Positions 23,498 to 35,459 of a DNA stretch of 64,000 nucleotides are shown piece by piece. Position 1 is the first letter of the stretch; the number at the start of each line of letters is the position of its first letter. The notes under the pieces are model-generated. The model saw nothing but the letters and a program-made list of their open reading frames with translations. It had not been told where the DNA came from and searched no databases. The translations under genes and the position numbers were made by a program. Source of the stretch: Phyllobates terribilis (taxonomy: Eukaryota); assembly GCF_046119375.1 (NCBI RefSeq), contig NW_027362762.1, positions 67,146,001 through 67,210,000 on the forward strand, given 5' to 3'.

Positions 23498-26400
23498 GAT
23501 GTCTGTCATGGGAGGGTGCCCGTTCGCATTCTCAACATTGGGGAGAGGGAGGTACACTTACCCAGGTACGCTACACTTGCCAAATTGTTTGCCGTCCAAC
23601 ACAATGCTATCAGGGTCGTGGAACCGTTGCCTCCATCTCCTCAGGCGGAGGGTAATGGCTCCCAGAAGCAAAAGGAGGACTGGTGCCAGAAACTCCATGT
23701 GGGTGCTGACTCCACTCCCCTGCACCAAAAACAAGGAGTCTACCGGGTGGTTCAGGAGTACGAAAGAATCTTTAGTAAGCACCCGCTGGACTTCGGCAGA
23801 GTAAAAGGGATAGAACACCATATCCCCACGGGGAGCCACCCACCAATAAAAGAGAGACACAGGCCTGTACCCCCTGCACATTATCAGAACGCCAAGGGTA
23901 TGCTGAGAGAAATGAAAGAAGCTGGGGTCATTAGAGATAGCTGTAGCCCCTGGGCAGCTCCCTTAGTTTTGGTAAAAAAGAAAGACGGTACCATGAGAAT
24001 GTGCGTGGACTATAGACAAATCAATCGTATCACCCATAAAGATGCGTACCCGTTACCTAGGATAGAGGAGTCTTTAGCAGCTCTAAAATCAGCTAATTTC
24101 TTCTCTACTTTGGACCTTACTAGCGGGTACTGGCAGGTTCCTGTAGCAGAGGCTGACAAGGAGAAGACCGCCTTCACCACCCCGATGGGACTGAGCCCTT
24201 TGGGCTCTGCAACGCACTAGGAACCTTCCAGAGGCTGAAGGAATGCTGTCTAGGGCACCGAAACTTCGAGACAGTCCTCCTTTACCTGGACGACGTGATC
24301 GTCTATTCGAAGACTTACGAGGACCATCTAAAGCACCTGGCCGAGGTGTTCGAAGCCCTGGCAGGCTATGGCCTGAAGGTGAAACCATCGAAGTGTCACC
24401 TGTTGAAACCAAAGGTCCAATACCTAGGACACGTGGTGAGTGCAGAGGGAGTAGCCCCCGACCCCGACAAAGTTACAGCCATCAAGAGCTGGCCAAGCCC
24501 CTCTAACATCAAGGAAGTGAGGCATTTCCTCGGGTTGGTAGGCTACTACCGAAGGTTCATCCCCGGGTTCACTAAGATGGCTGCCCCTATGCAGGACCTC
24601 CTGATAGGGCAATCTAAATTCAGAAGTCACAAGCCACCCTTCAAGTGGGACAAGCCGGAAGAGGAGTCCTTCCGCCAGTTGAAGATGGCCCTCACGGGGG
24701 ATGAGATAATAGCCTACCCCGATTATGGCCAGCCTTTTATCCTCCACACAGATGCCAGTAATGTGGGGCTGGGAGCCGTACTGTCACAGAACCAGCAGGG
24801 CAGAGAAAGGGTGATCGCGTATGCCAGCTGGAAGCTGAGGCCCACTGAAAGAAACCCGGAGAACTACAGCTCCTTCAAGCTAGAATTCTTGGCAGTGGTG
24901 AGGGCCGTCAAAGAATGGTTTAAGCATTACCTGGCCTCCGCAAAGTTCACCGTGTACACGGACAACAACCCGTTGACACATCTGGACAATGCATGATTAG
25001 GTGCCCTAGAACAGCGTTGGTTGGCCCGGCTATCCAATTATGACTTCACAATCAAATACCGGGCAGGCAGAACCAACGCCAACGCAGACGCCCTATCAAG
25101 AATGCCCCACCTACCTGAAGGAGAAGACGACTCGGAAGAGCTGGAGGAAATAGAGCTCCCTGCTTTCCACCGGTATGGGGCCACTCAGCTTTCTCACCGG
25201 GTAAGAGACAAGGGCTTAACCACCGTCATGTTCAACCCCTTACCCCACCACAGCTGGGCTGAAACGCAAGATAGAGACCCTGCAATACGCCTGGTGAAAG
25301 AAATGTTAACCCAGGAAGACGCTAGCCCTGGCCCGGACGCTCCAGAGGAAGCCAAGCAGATATGGAAGGAGAAAAGCAGGCTATTCCTCTACGAGGGTAA
25401 GCTGTGCAGAAGGCTTGTCAACCACCGGACGCACAGGCTAACCTGGCAGATAGTGGTCCCAAGGCGAGATGCAGCAATGGTCCTGTTTATGCTGTAATTT
25501 ATACCCTGTATCGTGTTTCTTGTTTAGTCCCGGAGTACTAAGCTTTCCTAGGGGGGAATTTGTCACCCCAGGCCTGGATGTCACAAACTTGTAAGGCTGT
25601 GTCTGAGAGCAGGAGGGAGGTTCTCTGGTCATGGACCATTTGCATGCAGCACCTCCTGTCCCAGGCCAGTAGGGGGAGTAGGCTGTCCCTATAAAAACTG
25701 GTACTGAGGGCAGGGTTAGGGAGACCAGGACCCGCTTCTGAAGTATCCAGAAGGGTTCCCAGAAATAGAGGGACAGGTCAGCCGCAGCTGAGGAGTCCAG
25801 GAGGCATAGGAGGAACACCAAGCCAGGGACAGAGGCGACGAGAGTCGGTCCTGGCAGAGAGGAAACTGCATACTGGACACTGGGGTCCGAGGTTGTCAGG
25901 ATTGCAAGTCCTACAGCAGATCATCTACCTGCGAGGGATTTTAGGTCCTTTGGCCTAAGAAGCCACACAGAGGGACCGGTACAGCACGGAGAAGCTACAG
26001 GTACCTAAGGACTCTGTGTGGTTACTGCTGCGTCTGCACCATCACCCCCAGCATCCTATTACCTGCCCTGAGGCTACACTCCTCCTGTGGGGAGTCGTAC
26101 TATTCCCTGCTGCATCCCCAACACCAGCCTCAGCGGTCTGCCTTGCAGCAACAGTCCTCTCTGACCGCAATCCACGGGTGGCGTAGTCGGACATTACCTA
26201 CAGCACATCATAGACTACCACTGGTCTGACCACCCTGAGCCACGGGATCGGGTCGCCACTACTACTCCCAGCATAGCCCTGAAGTCCGGTCTCGATTGCC
26301 CCACGGCCCAGGGGGCGAGTCACACGCGCACTTAGTAACCCACTGGTTATCATGGCTACCACTCTGCTACGGTGAGCGGTAACCTCCCGCTCACCATAGC

Positions 26401-26816
26401 AGAGTGGTAACCATGATAAACAGCGGGTTACTAGGTGCGTGTGTGCCCCTAGTAACCCGATGTTTACCATGGTTACCAGCCTACTCCTGCTTCAGCAGCA
26501 GGCTGGTAACCAGCAGCAGGACATCGTGGAAAGATTCTTTCCACGATGTCGCTGCTCCCCTGATCGTTGGTGAGCCTGCCTGTTTGACAGCTCACCAGCG
26601 ACCACATAGCGACGCAGCAACGATCCCTGACAGGTCGTATCGTTGTCGGGATCGCTGCAGCGTCGCTAAGTGTGATGGGGCCTTAAGGGTACCTTTAGAC
26701 GGGCACACATTAGCTTACATCATGACACAGTAATCAAAAAATGGCTTTACAATATGCAATCTAAAGAACAGAATTGAATAATTTGAGAAGAAACGCATAG
26801 CTTATATGCTACATAC

Positions 26817-26894
26817 CTGTAAAGATGGGTATTCACAGCTCAGTGTCCTCTCTCACAGAATTGAAAGAGAAATGACTGGATGAATACTTGCTCA
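26817..26894 (-). pseudogene. 78-nt phase-1/phase-1 cadherin-like exon with an in-frame stop
   Basis: Acceptor TTTCACTGTTCTTATCAG|26894, donor ACAG|GTATGT at 26816; SKYSSSHFSFNSVREDTEL*IPIFT resembles the cadherin repeat start Y-x-F-SV-x-E-D-xxx-G-xx-I. Confidence 0.5.
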
Positions 26895-27029
26895 CTGATA
26901 AGAACAGTGAAACCTCCACCCTTTTGAATAATGAGATGAAGTACATGGGAAAACAAACAGCAGTGCTCAAAAAAAGAAGGATCGGTGGATTAGAATGCAG
27001 GTTTTGATGGAATGGTCTGCGGGTGTCAT

Positions 27030-28560
27030 GTCATGTTTGGAAAGCCCCTGTTGTGCCTGAACAGTAGAAAAGCTCCACAAGTGGCTCCATTTTGGAAACT
27101 TGAACCTTGAACCCACAGATGCTTCACAGAATTTTACAACTTTGATCTATGAAAATGAAAAAAAAAATTCCCACAAAAATGTTGTTTTAGCAACCAAGTT
27201 TTTCATTTCACAAGGATAGCAGGAGAAAATGGACCCCAAAATTTGTTGTGCAATTTCTCCTGAGTATGCCAATACCCCATATGCAGTCAAAAACTACTTT
27301 TGAGGCACAGAGGAAAGTTCAGAAGGTAAGGAGCGCCATATTTTGTTGAGCTGGTTTGACTGTGTCATGTCACATTGCAGAGCCACTAAGATGCCAGAAC
27401 AGCAGAACCCACCATAAGATACCCCATTTTACAAACTACAATGAATTCATCTAGGCGTGCAGTGAGCATTGTAGGGATTTGTACTCACTGACCCACGTTG
27501 GAGGTAGGCACAGGTTCACACAATGATGCAGTCCGCGGGCTCAAACAAACTGGTGGTTTATTTAGTGTCCATACACCAGTGAGGAATCAAAAGTAACAGC
27601 CTCTTCCTGGCACAAAAAGGAATAACAGAACAAATCTCAAAATAACAAGTCCATGCAGCACGGCCTCAGCCATTTAAACAAAGTGCCTTCCTCTGCCTCC
27701 TGCAGAGTCTGAGCAGCACATGCAAGGTCTGCTCACCTTGCCCAACACACACAGACAGAGTAAGACAGGCGCAGCTGTCTTAAATCAGCCTTCTAAGGCC
27801 TCGACTGGAGGTAAGTGAGCAGCTGTCCCCCCCCCCCCAGCTCTTTCAGCTGCTCGTAAAACCCGGCCCTGTAATCCGGGCCCATTAAATTCCTCTCAGC
27901 ACTATGTGTGCTGGAGCCTGCTTCTCCGGGTCCTACATCACCGAAGCCTGGCACTGCAGCCACTTTACAGCATGTTGACACCACATGTGCCTCACAGAGT
28001 TTTATACCATTGGGCGGTGAAGAAAGAATAATTACATTTTTACCACCAAAGTTTTGTTTTAGCCCCACATTTAGCCACACAATTTCTGCTGAATGTAGAA
28101 ATACCCCATATGTGGCTGTACAGTATTGCTAAGCCATACGGCGAGACTCGGGAGGGAGTGAGCGCTATTTGACCTCCTGGAGTGCAGATTTTTCTAGAAT
28201 AGTTTGCGGACTCTATATACAGAGTCCCTGAGTGCTAGAAGAGCAGAATCCCCCTCAAGTGACCCCACTTTGGAAATTATACTTCTCTATGAATTTATCT
28301 ACAGGTGTAGTGATGATTTTGACTCCATGGATGCTTTCCAGAAACAAGCAGCAGTGGATGTTGCTGAGTGAAAATTGCAAACTGCTGTTGTAGTGACCAG
28401 TATGTTGTAGTAACCAGTACGTTATGCCCAACTCATGCTTCTGAAGACAAACACCTGTAAATTAGGTGGGCTCTCATCGCTACAGAAATGCCAAACATGT
28501 GGATGCTAACTGCGGTTTAGGCACACTGTGGGCAGGGGCTGGCTGGCAAATTTTAGCCTG
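27030..28560. mobile_element. Fragment of the piggyBac-like repeat family seen at 16-19 kb
   Basis: Shared motifs CCCCTCAAGTGACCCCACTTTGGAAA and GCTCCACAAGTGGCTCCATTTTGGAAAC; no termini resolved. Confidence 0.55.
27470..27969. mobile_element. Solo LTR (500 bp)
   Basis: TGTAGGGA...ACTTTACA flanked by GCAT / GCAT. Confidence 0.8.
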
Positions 28561-28720
28561 GGGGCAAGCACACAACAGTGGCCCATGAGTTGTGGCTCAT
28601 CAGTATCACATTTACCTTTGGCTGCTTCATAAATTGAAGGTAACAAGGCTTTAAAAACACAAAAACTGGTGTGTTATTGTGCACATACCTATGCAACTAC
28701 AGATAGTTTGCTGTCTGTAA

Positions 28721-29126
28721 AGCTATGTTCACACATTGTTTTTTTTATGCTTTTTTATGTAAAATTTCAGCTGCATTTTACAGTACCAGCAAAGTCTATG
28801 AGATTCCAGAAATCTCATGCACACACTTTGGTTTTTGTTTCACCAGTATTTTGTGCTTTGCATGGTTTTTGCACAATAGAGCATGTCACTTCTTTCAGCA
28901 TTTTTGAAAAGACGCACCAAAAAATGCAGGTTTTGCAACATTTTTTGTGCCAAAACCTGAATAAATAGAATGAGATTTTTTTTTCACTTTACTTTATGTA
29001 CATAACGAAACAAAAGAACAGTGAAAAAATGCAGCTAAAGCAAGCAAAATCCTGAACAAACCTTCCTGGCAAGAGATTGTGCTGCAGAAAAAAAAGCTGA
29101 AAAAACACCTAGTGTGAACATAGCCC
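28721..29126. mobile_element. PIF/Harbinger-type MITE
   Basis: TIR AGCTATGTTCACAC / GTGTGAACATAGCC; TAA on the left only. Confidence 0.55.
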
Positions 29127-29774
29127 AACACGGCGGGACATGAATAAAACACTTTTCTGTAGATATGCAGAGGCATCTAGGAGGGTATAAAGGGCCTGTA
29201 GGAAACCTGCTTACATGCATTTAAAGGTGATTGGCAGGGTTTATAAGGTATAAAACTGGTGACAGGTTCTATTTGTTCCTAAGTAGTGTTGAGCCACCCC
29301 CGTAGTGTTCGAGTTCGGTTCGGTTCCTCGAACACCCGTATGTTCGCCAAACTGTTCGCTGAACTGTTCGCCGAACACCTTCGAACACCGTTAAAACCAA
29401 TGGCAGGTAAACAAAAACACATAGAAACACATAGAAAACACATAGCTGACAAACTGCTCAGAAGACACAACTAACACATGGAAAAGTGACAAGTACATAT
29501 AGTCATTTGAAAAGAAAAGAGGTGGAAGAGTAAAAGAAGGGGGAGACACAGATATAGGCATCTCATGCCCTTCTAAAACCAAAAAAGTGCGAAGCCGACA
29601 CGGCCAATCCGTTCCTGCCCGTGCGACCTCCGTGTCGCCGGGTTTGTGCCAGAGCCGCGGTGGACCCTGGCGGACAGACCCCCTCTCCCAATACTGGTGC
29701 CTGTCCGCTGGTGGGTCGAGCGAGCCCCCCTGTGGTGGAGGCAGGTCTAAGCTTTTTAATTTAAATTGTCTCTC

Positions 29775-30040
29775 TAATTTGAATGAATACACTTTAAATC
29801 CTTTTACAAGGATCTATTGAAGGGCAAGTCTCATGCCAGCAGCCGCGTAATTCCAGCTCCAGTAGCGTCCACTAAAGCTGCTGCAGTTAAAAAGCTTTTA
29901 TAAGGATCGAGCTTGGCGGTCCACTGCAAGGCGTCCTACCGCCTGTCCCAGCCCCTGTGCCTTGGGGTGCCTCCCCGATGCTCTTCACTGAGTGTCCCAG
30001 GGGCCCGAACCATTTCCTTTGAAAAAATTAAGTGTCCAAA
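29775..30040 (+). rRNA. Non-functional 18S rRNA fragment (530-loop region plus V4 start)
   Basis: CACTTTAAATCCTTT-AC-AGGATC-ATTG-AGGGCAAGTCT-TGCCAGCAGCCGCG-TAATTCCAGCTCCA ... GCAGTTAAAAAGCT ... CCGCCTGTCCCAGCCCC ... TTTGAAAAAATTA-AGTGT match the vertebrate 18S sequence with substitutions and indels; only ~265 bp. Confidence 0.9.
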
Positions 30041-30214
30041 CTACAGGTGGTGTAGCTTGCTTAACAGCTGGGATAATCCGCTGACTAGCAGACATTGCTA
30101 CTAGGCACAAAGTATTTCCTGGGCTAGATGCAGTTAAAAATTTGTAATTAGATACTCTCGTTGGATGCTGAGAAATCATTCCATAGAGTCTCCTGGCACG
30201 CCATATATTATTCT

Positions 30215-30765
30215 CTTAAAAAGCTTGGGGTAGGGGTCTAGGGGACCCTTTTATAGCCAAAATCACGGCCCTGTATCGCAATACGTCACCTAGGCTAAAG
30301 ATAAATGGAACATTTTCATCACCTTTCATAATCACCAATGGTACAAGGCAGGGATGTCCTCTGTCCCCTCTCTTAGACATCCTAGTGACGGAGCACCTGC
30401 TCTCATCAATTCGCCATAACCCCAATATTAGGTGGATTGAGGTGGGAGGCACCGAGTACAAGTGCTCTGCATTTGCTGATGATGTCCTAGTATATATCAC
30501 TCAATCACATATATCCATCCATGCTGTTATGGCTGAAATAGATCACTTTGTTACATGGTCAAATTTTAAAATCAATGCAGCGAAGTCTGAGGCCCTCGAT
30601 GTCTCCCTCCCCAAATCCATACAGGATTCCATCCAGTCCAACTTTCCCTTTGCCTGGCCCTCACAGGGTATCAAATACTTAGGAATTCGTATTCATAGAG
30701 ACCTCTCCCGTCTATGTTATCTTAATTTTGGGCCCTTTATTGAACAACTCCATACAGACCACGGT
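30215..30765 (+). mobile_element. L1/Tx1-clade RT fragment
   Basis: GTRQGCPLSPLL, FADDVLVY, KINAAKSEAL, IKYLGIRI. Confidence 0.88.
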
Positions 30766-30829
30766 TGGCAAGTTAGAACTGTAAGATTAACTACGTGAAC
30801 CACTGGTGTTTTGTGGAAAAGCACATGTA

Positions 30830-32190
30830 CACTGTGTTCCAAATTATTATGCAAAAAGTGTTTAGGAGTGATAAGGTAAGAATTTTTTTGTTTGTCAGTT
30901 AAACTCATTGATGGTGATGTGTGTCAGGGCTATTTATATCACTGTAAGCAATTGCAGACACCTGTGCTAATTAGTTTGGCAGGTGTGTCCAATGAAAGGC
31001 AAGACTACTTAAGAATGCTGTCCCACATTATTAAGCAGCCTACATTTTCTGCCAAAATGGGAAAGAAAAAGGATGTGTCGGCTGCTGAGAAGCAACAAAT
31101 TGTGGAGTGTTTAGGTCAAGGCATGACTACAATCAACATTGCCAAGACACTTCATCCTGATCATCGCACAATCAAGAAGCATGTAGCTGATTCACAGTAC
31201 ACACGTGTGCGTGCTGATAAGGGAAAATTGAGGACTCTTTCCTACAGGCAATTACGTCAGGTTAAAAGAGCAGCGGCAAAAAAGCCTTGTCATAGCAGCA
31301 GACAAGTTTTTGAAGCTGCTGGTGCCTCCAACGTCCCCCGAACAACAAGAAGCAGGCTCCTTCAGAGGTTTGCAGCTGTGCGTAAGCCATCCTGTCAACC
31401 TCCTCTATCCACTGTACACAAGCAGAAACGGCTCCAGTGGGCCAAACAATACATGAAGACTGACTTCAAAACTGTTTTGTTCACAGATGAGTGCCGTGCA
31501 ATTCTCGATGGTCCAGATGGATGGAGTGGAGGATGGCTGGTTGATGGACACCCCATGCAAACATGGCTACGGCACCAACAAGGAGGAGGTGGAGTAATGT
31601 TTTGGGCTGGAATCATGGGGAGAGAGATTGTCGGCCCCTTTAGGATCCCTGAAGGGGTAAAGATGAACTCCATAATGTATGTGGAGTTTCTCAAACAGCA
31701 CTTCCTGCCATGGTTCAAGAAGAAGAACCGTGTATTCCGCAGCAAGATCATTTTCATGCATGATAATGCACCGTCTCATGCTGCACATAACACATCTGCA
31801 TCTCTGGCTGATATGGGCATCAAAGGGGACAAACTTATGGTGTGACCCCCATGCTCCCCTGACCTCAACCCCATTGAGAATCTCTGGAGCATCATCAAAA
31901 GCAGTGTCTATGATGGCGGGAGGCAGTTCACATCTAAGCAACAGCTCTGGGAGGGTATTCTGTCCTCATGCAAAACAATTGAAGCAGAAACCATCCAAAA
32001 CCTGACAAATTAAATGGACGAGAGAGTTCAGAAGCTCCTTTCGAACAAGGGGTCCTATGTGCAAATGTAACATCACCTAAAATAAAGTTTTGAGTTGAAA
32101 ACTGTTTGATTTCAGTTTGTAATAATCTGCTAATGCTTATAATTTCAAAAATGACCATTTTTTTGTTCTTTATTAAAATGAAAAGGTTGA
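30830..32190 (+). mobile_element. Tc1/mariner DD37E (TRT-type) transposon, transposase disrupted, right end lost
   Basis: TA|CACTGTGTTCCAAATTATTATGCA left end; ATG 31057 MGKKKDVS; FTDE, MHDNAPSH, PPCSPDLNPIENLW with 37 residues between the second D and E; stops at 31843 and near 32010. Confidence 0.88.
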
Positions 32191-32319
32191 TCGAAGAGTG
32201 TGGGGGATCTAAGAGTTTGGCAACCCAGTAGTCAGGATTATTTCGAATTCTGACAATCTGAGGGTCATGTTGCAGGTAGTGCAGCAAGAAGGCACTCATG
32301 TGTCTTGCGCATCTAGGAG

Positions 32320-32925
32320 CCCCAAAATTATTTTCCGGGCTAGATCCAGCTAAAAATTATTATTAATTTGAAAGCTGGTGGAGCTTAGTATAGATGGCCT
32401 AATAGAATCAGTACTGCAAACTGCTACAAGGCCCAAATTATTTTCCAGCCAAGATACAGATAAACATGATTAGTAATTTTAAATCTGGTGGAGTTTAGTA
32501 TAGATGGCCTAATAGAATCAGTACTGCAAACTGCTACAAGGCCCAAATTATTTTCCAGCCAAGATACAGATAAACATGATTAGTAATTTTAAGTCTGGTG
32601 GAGTTTAGTATAGATGGCCTAATAGAATCAGTACTGCAAACTGCTACAAGGCCCAAATTATTTTCCAGCCAAGATACAGATAAACATGATTAGTAATTTT
32701 AAATCTGGTGGAGTTTAGTATAGATGGCCTAATATAATCAGTACTGCACACTGCTACAAGGCCCAAATTATTTTCCAGTCAAGATACAGATAAACATGAT
32801 TAGTAATTTTAAATCTGGTGGAGTTTAGTATAGATGGCCTAATAGAATCAGTACTGCACACTGCTACAAGGCCCAAATTATTTTCCAGCCAAGATACAGA
32901 TAAACATGATTAGTAATTTGAAAGC
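32320..32925. repeat. 110-bp tandem array, ~5.5 copies, 3' of hAT B transposase
   Basis: GCCCAAATTA recurs at 32431, 32541, 32651, 32761, 32871. Confidence 0.95.
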
Positions 32926-33489
32926 TTAAAACGGTTGGTGAGGTGATTTTAACAAATCATCAAGCTTTTACTCTCCCCAGGATGACACAGGGGTAGAAAA
33001 GTCCTTTCGGATCCATGATTTGTTCATCTTTATGAACGTGAGTCTGTCTACATTATCAGTGGAGAGCCGCGTGCGCTTATCTGTCAGCACACCACCAGCA
33101 GCGCTGAACACACGTTCAGACAGAACGCTGGCTGCGGGGCATGACAAGATCTCCAAGGCGTAAGTGGCGAGCTACGGCCATTTATCCAGATTGGAAGCCC
33201 AAAAAGAGCAAGGGTCCAGTGACACAGTCATGGCTTCAATGTTTACTTGGAGATACTCCTGTACCATCGTCTCTAGGCGTTGACTATGTGTCAGACTTCT
33301 CTCCTGTGGCCTTGCAAAGGATGGGCTAAAAAAGTGGTGAAATGATTCCGCAAAATTGATGTTACCAGCAGATACTGTGTTTCTGTTACGTTTTGAGTGC
33401 TGAACACTCGACGGTCCCACGGTTGGCAAGTTGGAACTGTGAGATTCACTACGTGCACCACTGGTGTTTTGTGGAAAAGCACATGTACG

Positions 33490-34854
33490 TGTGGCGCCCC
33501 TGAGGGTTCGACCGCCACAGGAATGCTGCACTTCTGCAATGGAGTGTGGTGTTCCTCCTCTGAGGTAAGGCCGGTGTGATGGTAGTGATCTAGCCTTTTG
33601 CATCCAACACCACATTTCCACCAGAGGGAGCTGGTATGCACTAGGTGCTGCTCCCCTGGTTACAGGGAGACTGGGGAACACAAAGTGGTAGGAACCAGTT
33701 AGTGGGTGTGGGTGGAGGAACACTAGTTAGTGACACTTCAAATTTCATATTTAATAGAATGCCATCTTTGATCTTGGTCCTTAGGTTCTTTTTGGTCTTT
33801 CTGCTGGTTCTTCTCAGGTCCATCAGTCTAGCCTTTGCTAGTCTGTCGGCTGTCACTGTGCTGTCAAAATACTGTGTGTAATGTGACTTCCCTCCGGGAG
33901 CGCAGATCCTGTGTGGGCCTGCACCGACATGGGACACAGCCCTCGTACCCCGATCTTTGGGACGAGAGCTAGGTTGCAGACAAGGAATGTCTCAACCCGG
34001 CCGAGAACCAGGATCAAGAAGGCCCGGAAGCTTTAGAGTGTGGCTCCCTAGCAAATGGGTCCCGGGGAGGATGCAGACGGAGCGGAGCACGCCACCTGTC
34101 CTCGCCTACCTGATCTATTCAGAGGGATTCCGGCTGCAAGAGGGGTACCGGCCCCCGACACCCGACCTCGTACTCTACGTCAAGGACGGGAAAGCCCAGT
34201 TAGGCCCTGAGGATCCCGCCGGGCGTCGGATGGAGAGGAATTGCCACCCGAGCCCTACACCTGAGAGGAGCTCAGAGGGAGACCCGGCCTATCCACACAC
34301 GCACAGACGGGAAAGGGTGAAGTCTGTAGTGCAGGAACACTCTGGTGTAGGGTCGCTACCGAACACTGGACTTCCTCGGAAGTAGTCGGACCCCCGTCCC
34401 TGGTGGCCGCAGGACTCCGCGGGGAGCAGGGAGTCGCCTTCCCGCTAACATCTCTGAGTGAGTAAAGCTTTGGAAGTTCACGCCTATGGCCTCCGGACTG
34501 TTCATTACGCGCCATACCACGTGACGCGGTGCCCGTACTCTCCCGCGCTACTGCTACCCCCCTTCATCCTGTTTGCCTGCCCTGTGGGGAGCAGTCAGAA
34601 CTTTAATCGCCACGACACCGGGCCTCGGCGGACTGCAGCGGCGCTGGTGGCCCTTCACCAGACACCACAGGTGGCGTAGTCGTTAATCAGCCACTCAACC
34701 CGGAATAGCCCACACCATCTCTTTGTAATGTGACGGCCCTGAGCACGGGTCGGGCCCGGGCCACGGCTGCATCCCATCTCTTCAACACAGGGCCCGACAC
34801 CGAGTCCCCCAACACCCAGGGTAAAACACGGGCTTTCTGAGTAGAGGCGTCACA
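33490..34854 (+). mobile_element. Solo LTR (Gypsy) inside hAT B transposase
   Basis: TGTGGCGCCCC...GCGTCACA; flanks TACG / TAAG (3 of 4); similar start to the LTR at 49481. Confidence 0.82.
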
Positions 34855-35459
34855 TAAGATTCTGCAACAGTCTCTGCTGATACTCCTGCATGCGTGCATC
34901 CCTTTCTATGGCAGGAATAATTTCTGCAAATTTACTTTTGTATCGGGGATCTAACAGTGTGGCACCCAGTAGTCAGGATTATTTCTAATTCTCACTATTC
35001 GAGGGTCATGTTGCAGGTAGTGCAGCAAGAAGGCACTCATGTGTCTTGCGCATCCAGGAGCACCAAGTCCCTGTTGTGTTGGTGGCGAGGTAACAATCAT
35101 GCTTCCTTCCTCTGCCCTCTCCCCCCAACCTCACACAACAGACATGTGATCAAGGTCTCCCTCATCTGATGAGTCTTCCATCAGTTCATCCTCCACTTCT
35201 TCCTCGGCTCCTGCACCTTCCTCACTAGTTTGGCTGCTATCATGCGCCCTGGTAAAACCATCTCCCCCACCCTCACATGCCTGCCACCTTGGTGCTGACG
35301 ACCGTCTGGACCTTGCAGATGTTAGCCCTTCCGCATACAACTCCTCCTCCTCTACTTCCTCCACCTCCTCTTGTGCCACCACCTGACTCCGAATTCTGTT
35401 TAACATGTGCTCCAGCATGTAAATCACCGGAATAGTCATGCTGATAATGGCATCGTCAG

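Larger units (their letters stand above)
21730..25497 (+). pseudogene. pol: Gypsy A pol (protease, RT, RNase H), interrupted and truncated before the integrase core
   Basis: LLDTGSQ; VKKKDGTMRMCVDYR; LDLTSGYWQ; YLDDVIVYS; LHTDASNVGLGAVL; VYTDNNPL; frameshift near 24200 and stop at 24994; solo LTR at 22424-23497. Confidence 0.92.
19770..26324 (+). mobile_element. Gypsy LTR retrotransposon A, two LTRs, integrase missing
   Basis: LTRs 19770-20367 and 25561-26324 (TGTCACCCC...GTCACA), flanks CGTG / CGCG (4-bp TSD with one CpG-type change), PBS, gag, PR-RT-RNase H, PPT AGGGGGGAA at 25550-25558. Confidence 0.93.
19497..26683. mobile_element. PIF/Harbinger-type palindromic MITE split by the Gypsy insertion (arms 19497-19769 and 26325-26683)
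   Basis: TAA|AGCCCCCGTCTCAC ... GTGTGATGGGGCCT|TAA; both arms rich in CGATCGCTG/CAGCGA motifs. Confidence 0.75.

Noticed and set aside
29125-29200. GPLYPPRC...CFIHVP as another cadherin exon
   Set aside because: Acceptor-like site present but no donor, cut by a MITE, motif match too weak.
29775-30040. Functional 18S rRNA gene
   Set aside because: Only ~265 bp, indels in the conserved 530-loop region, no rest of the rDNA unit.
32320-32925. 110-bp, 148-bp and 52-bp arrays as CRISPR
   Set aside because: Whole units repeat with no unique spacers, no cas genes, eukaryotic TE context.
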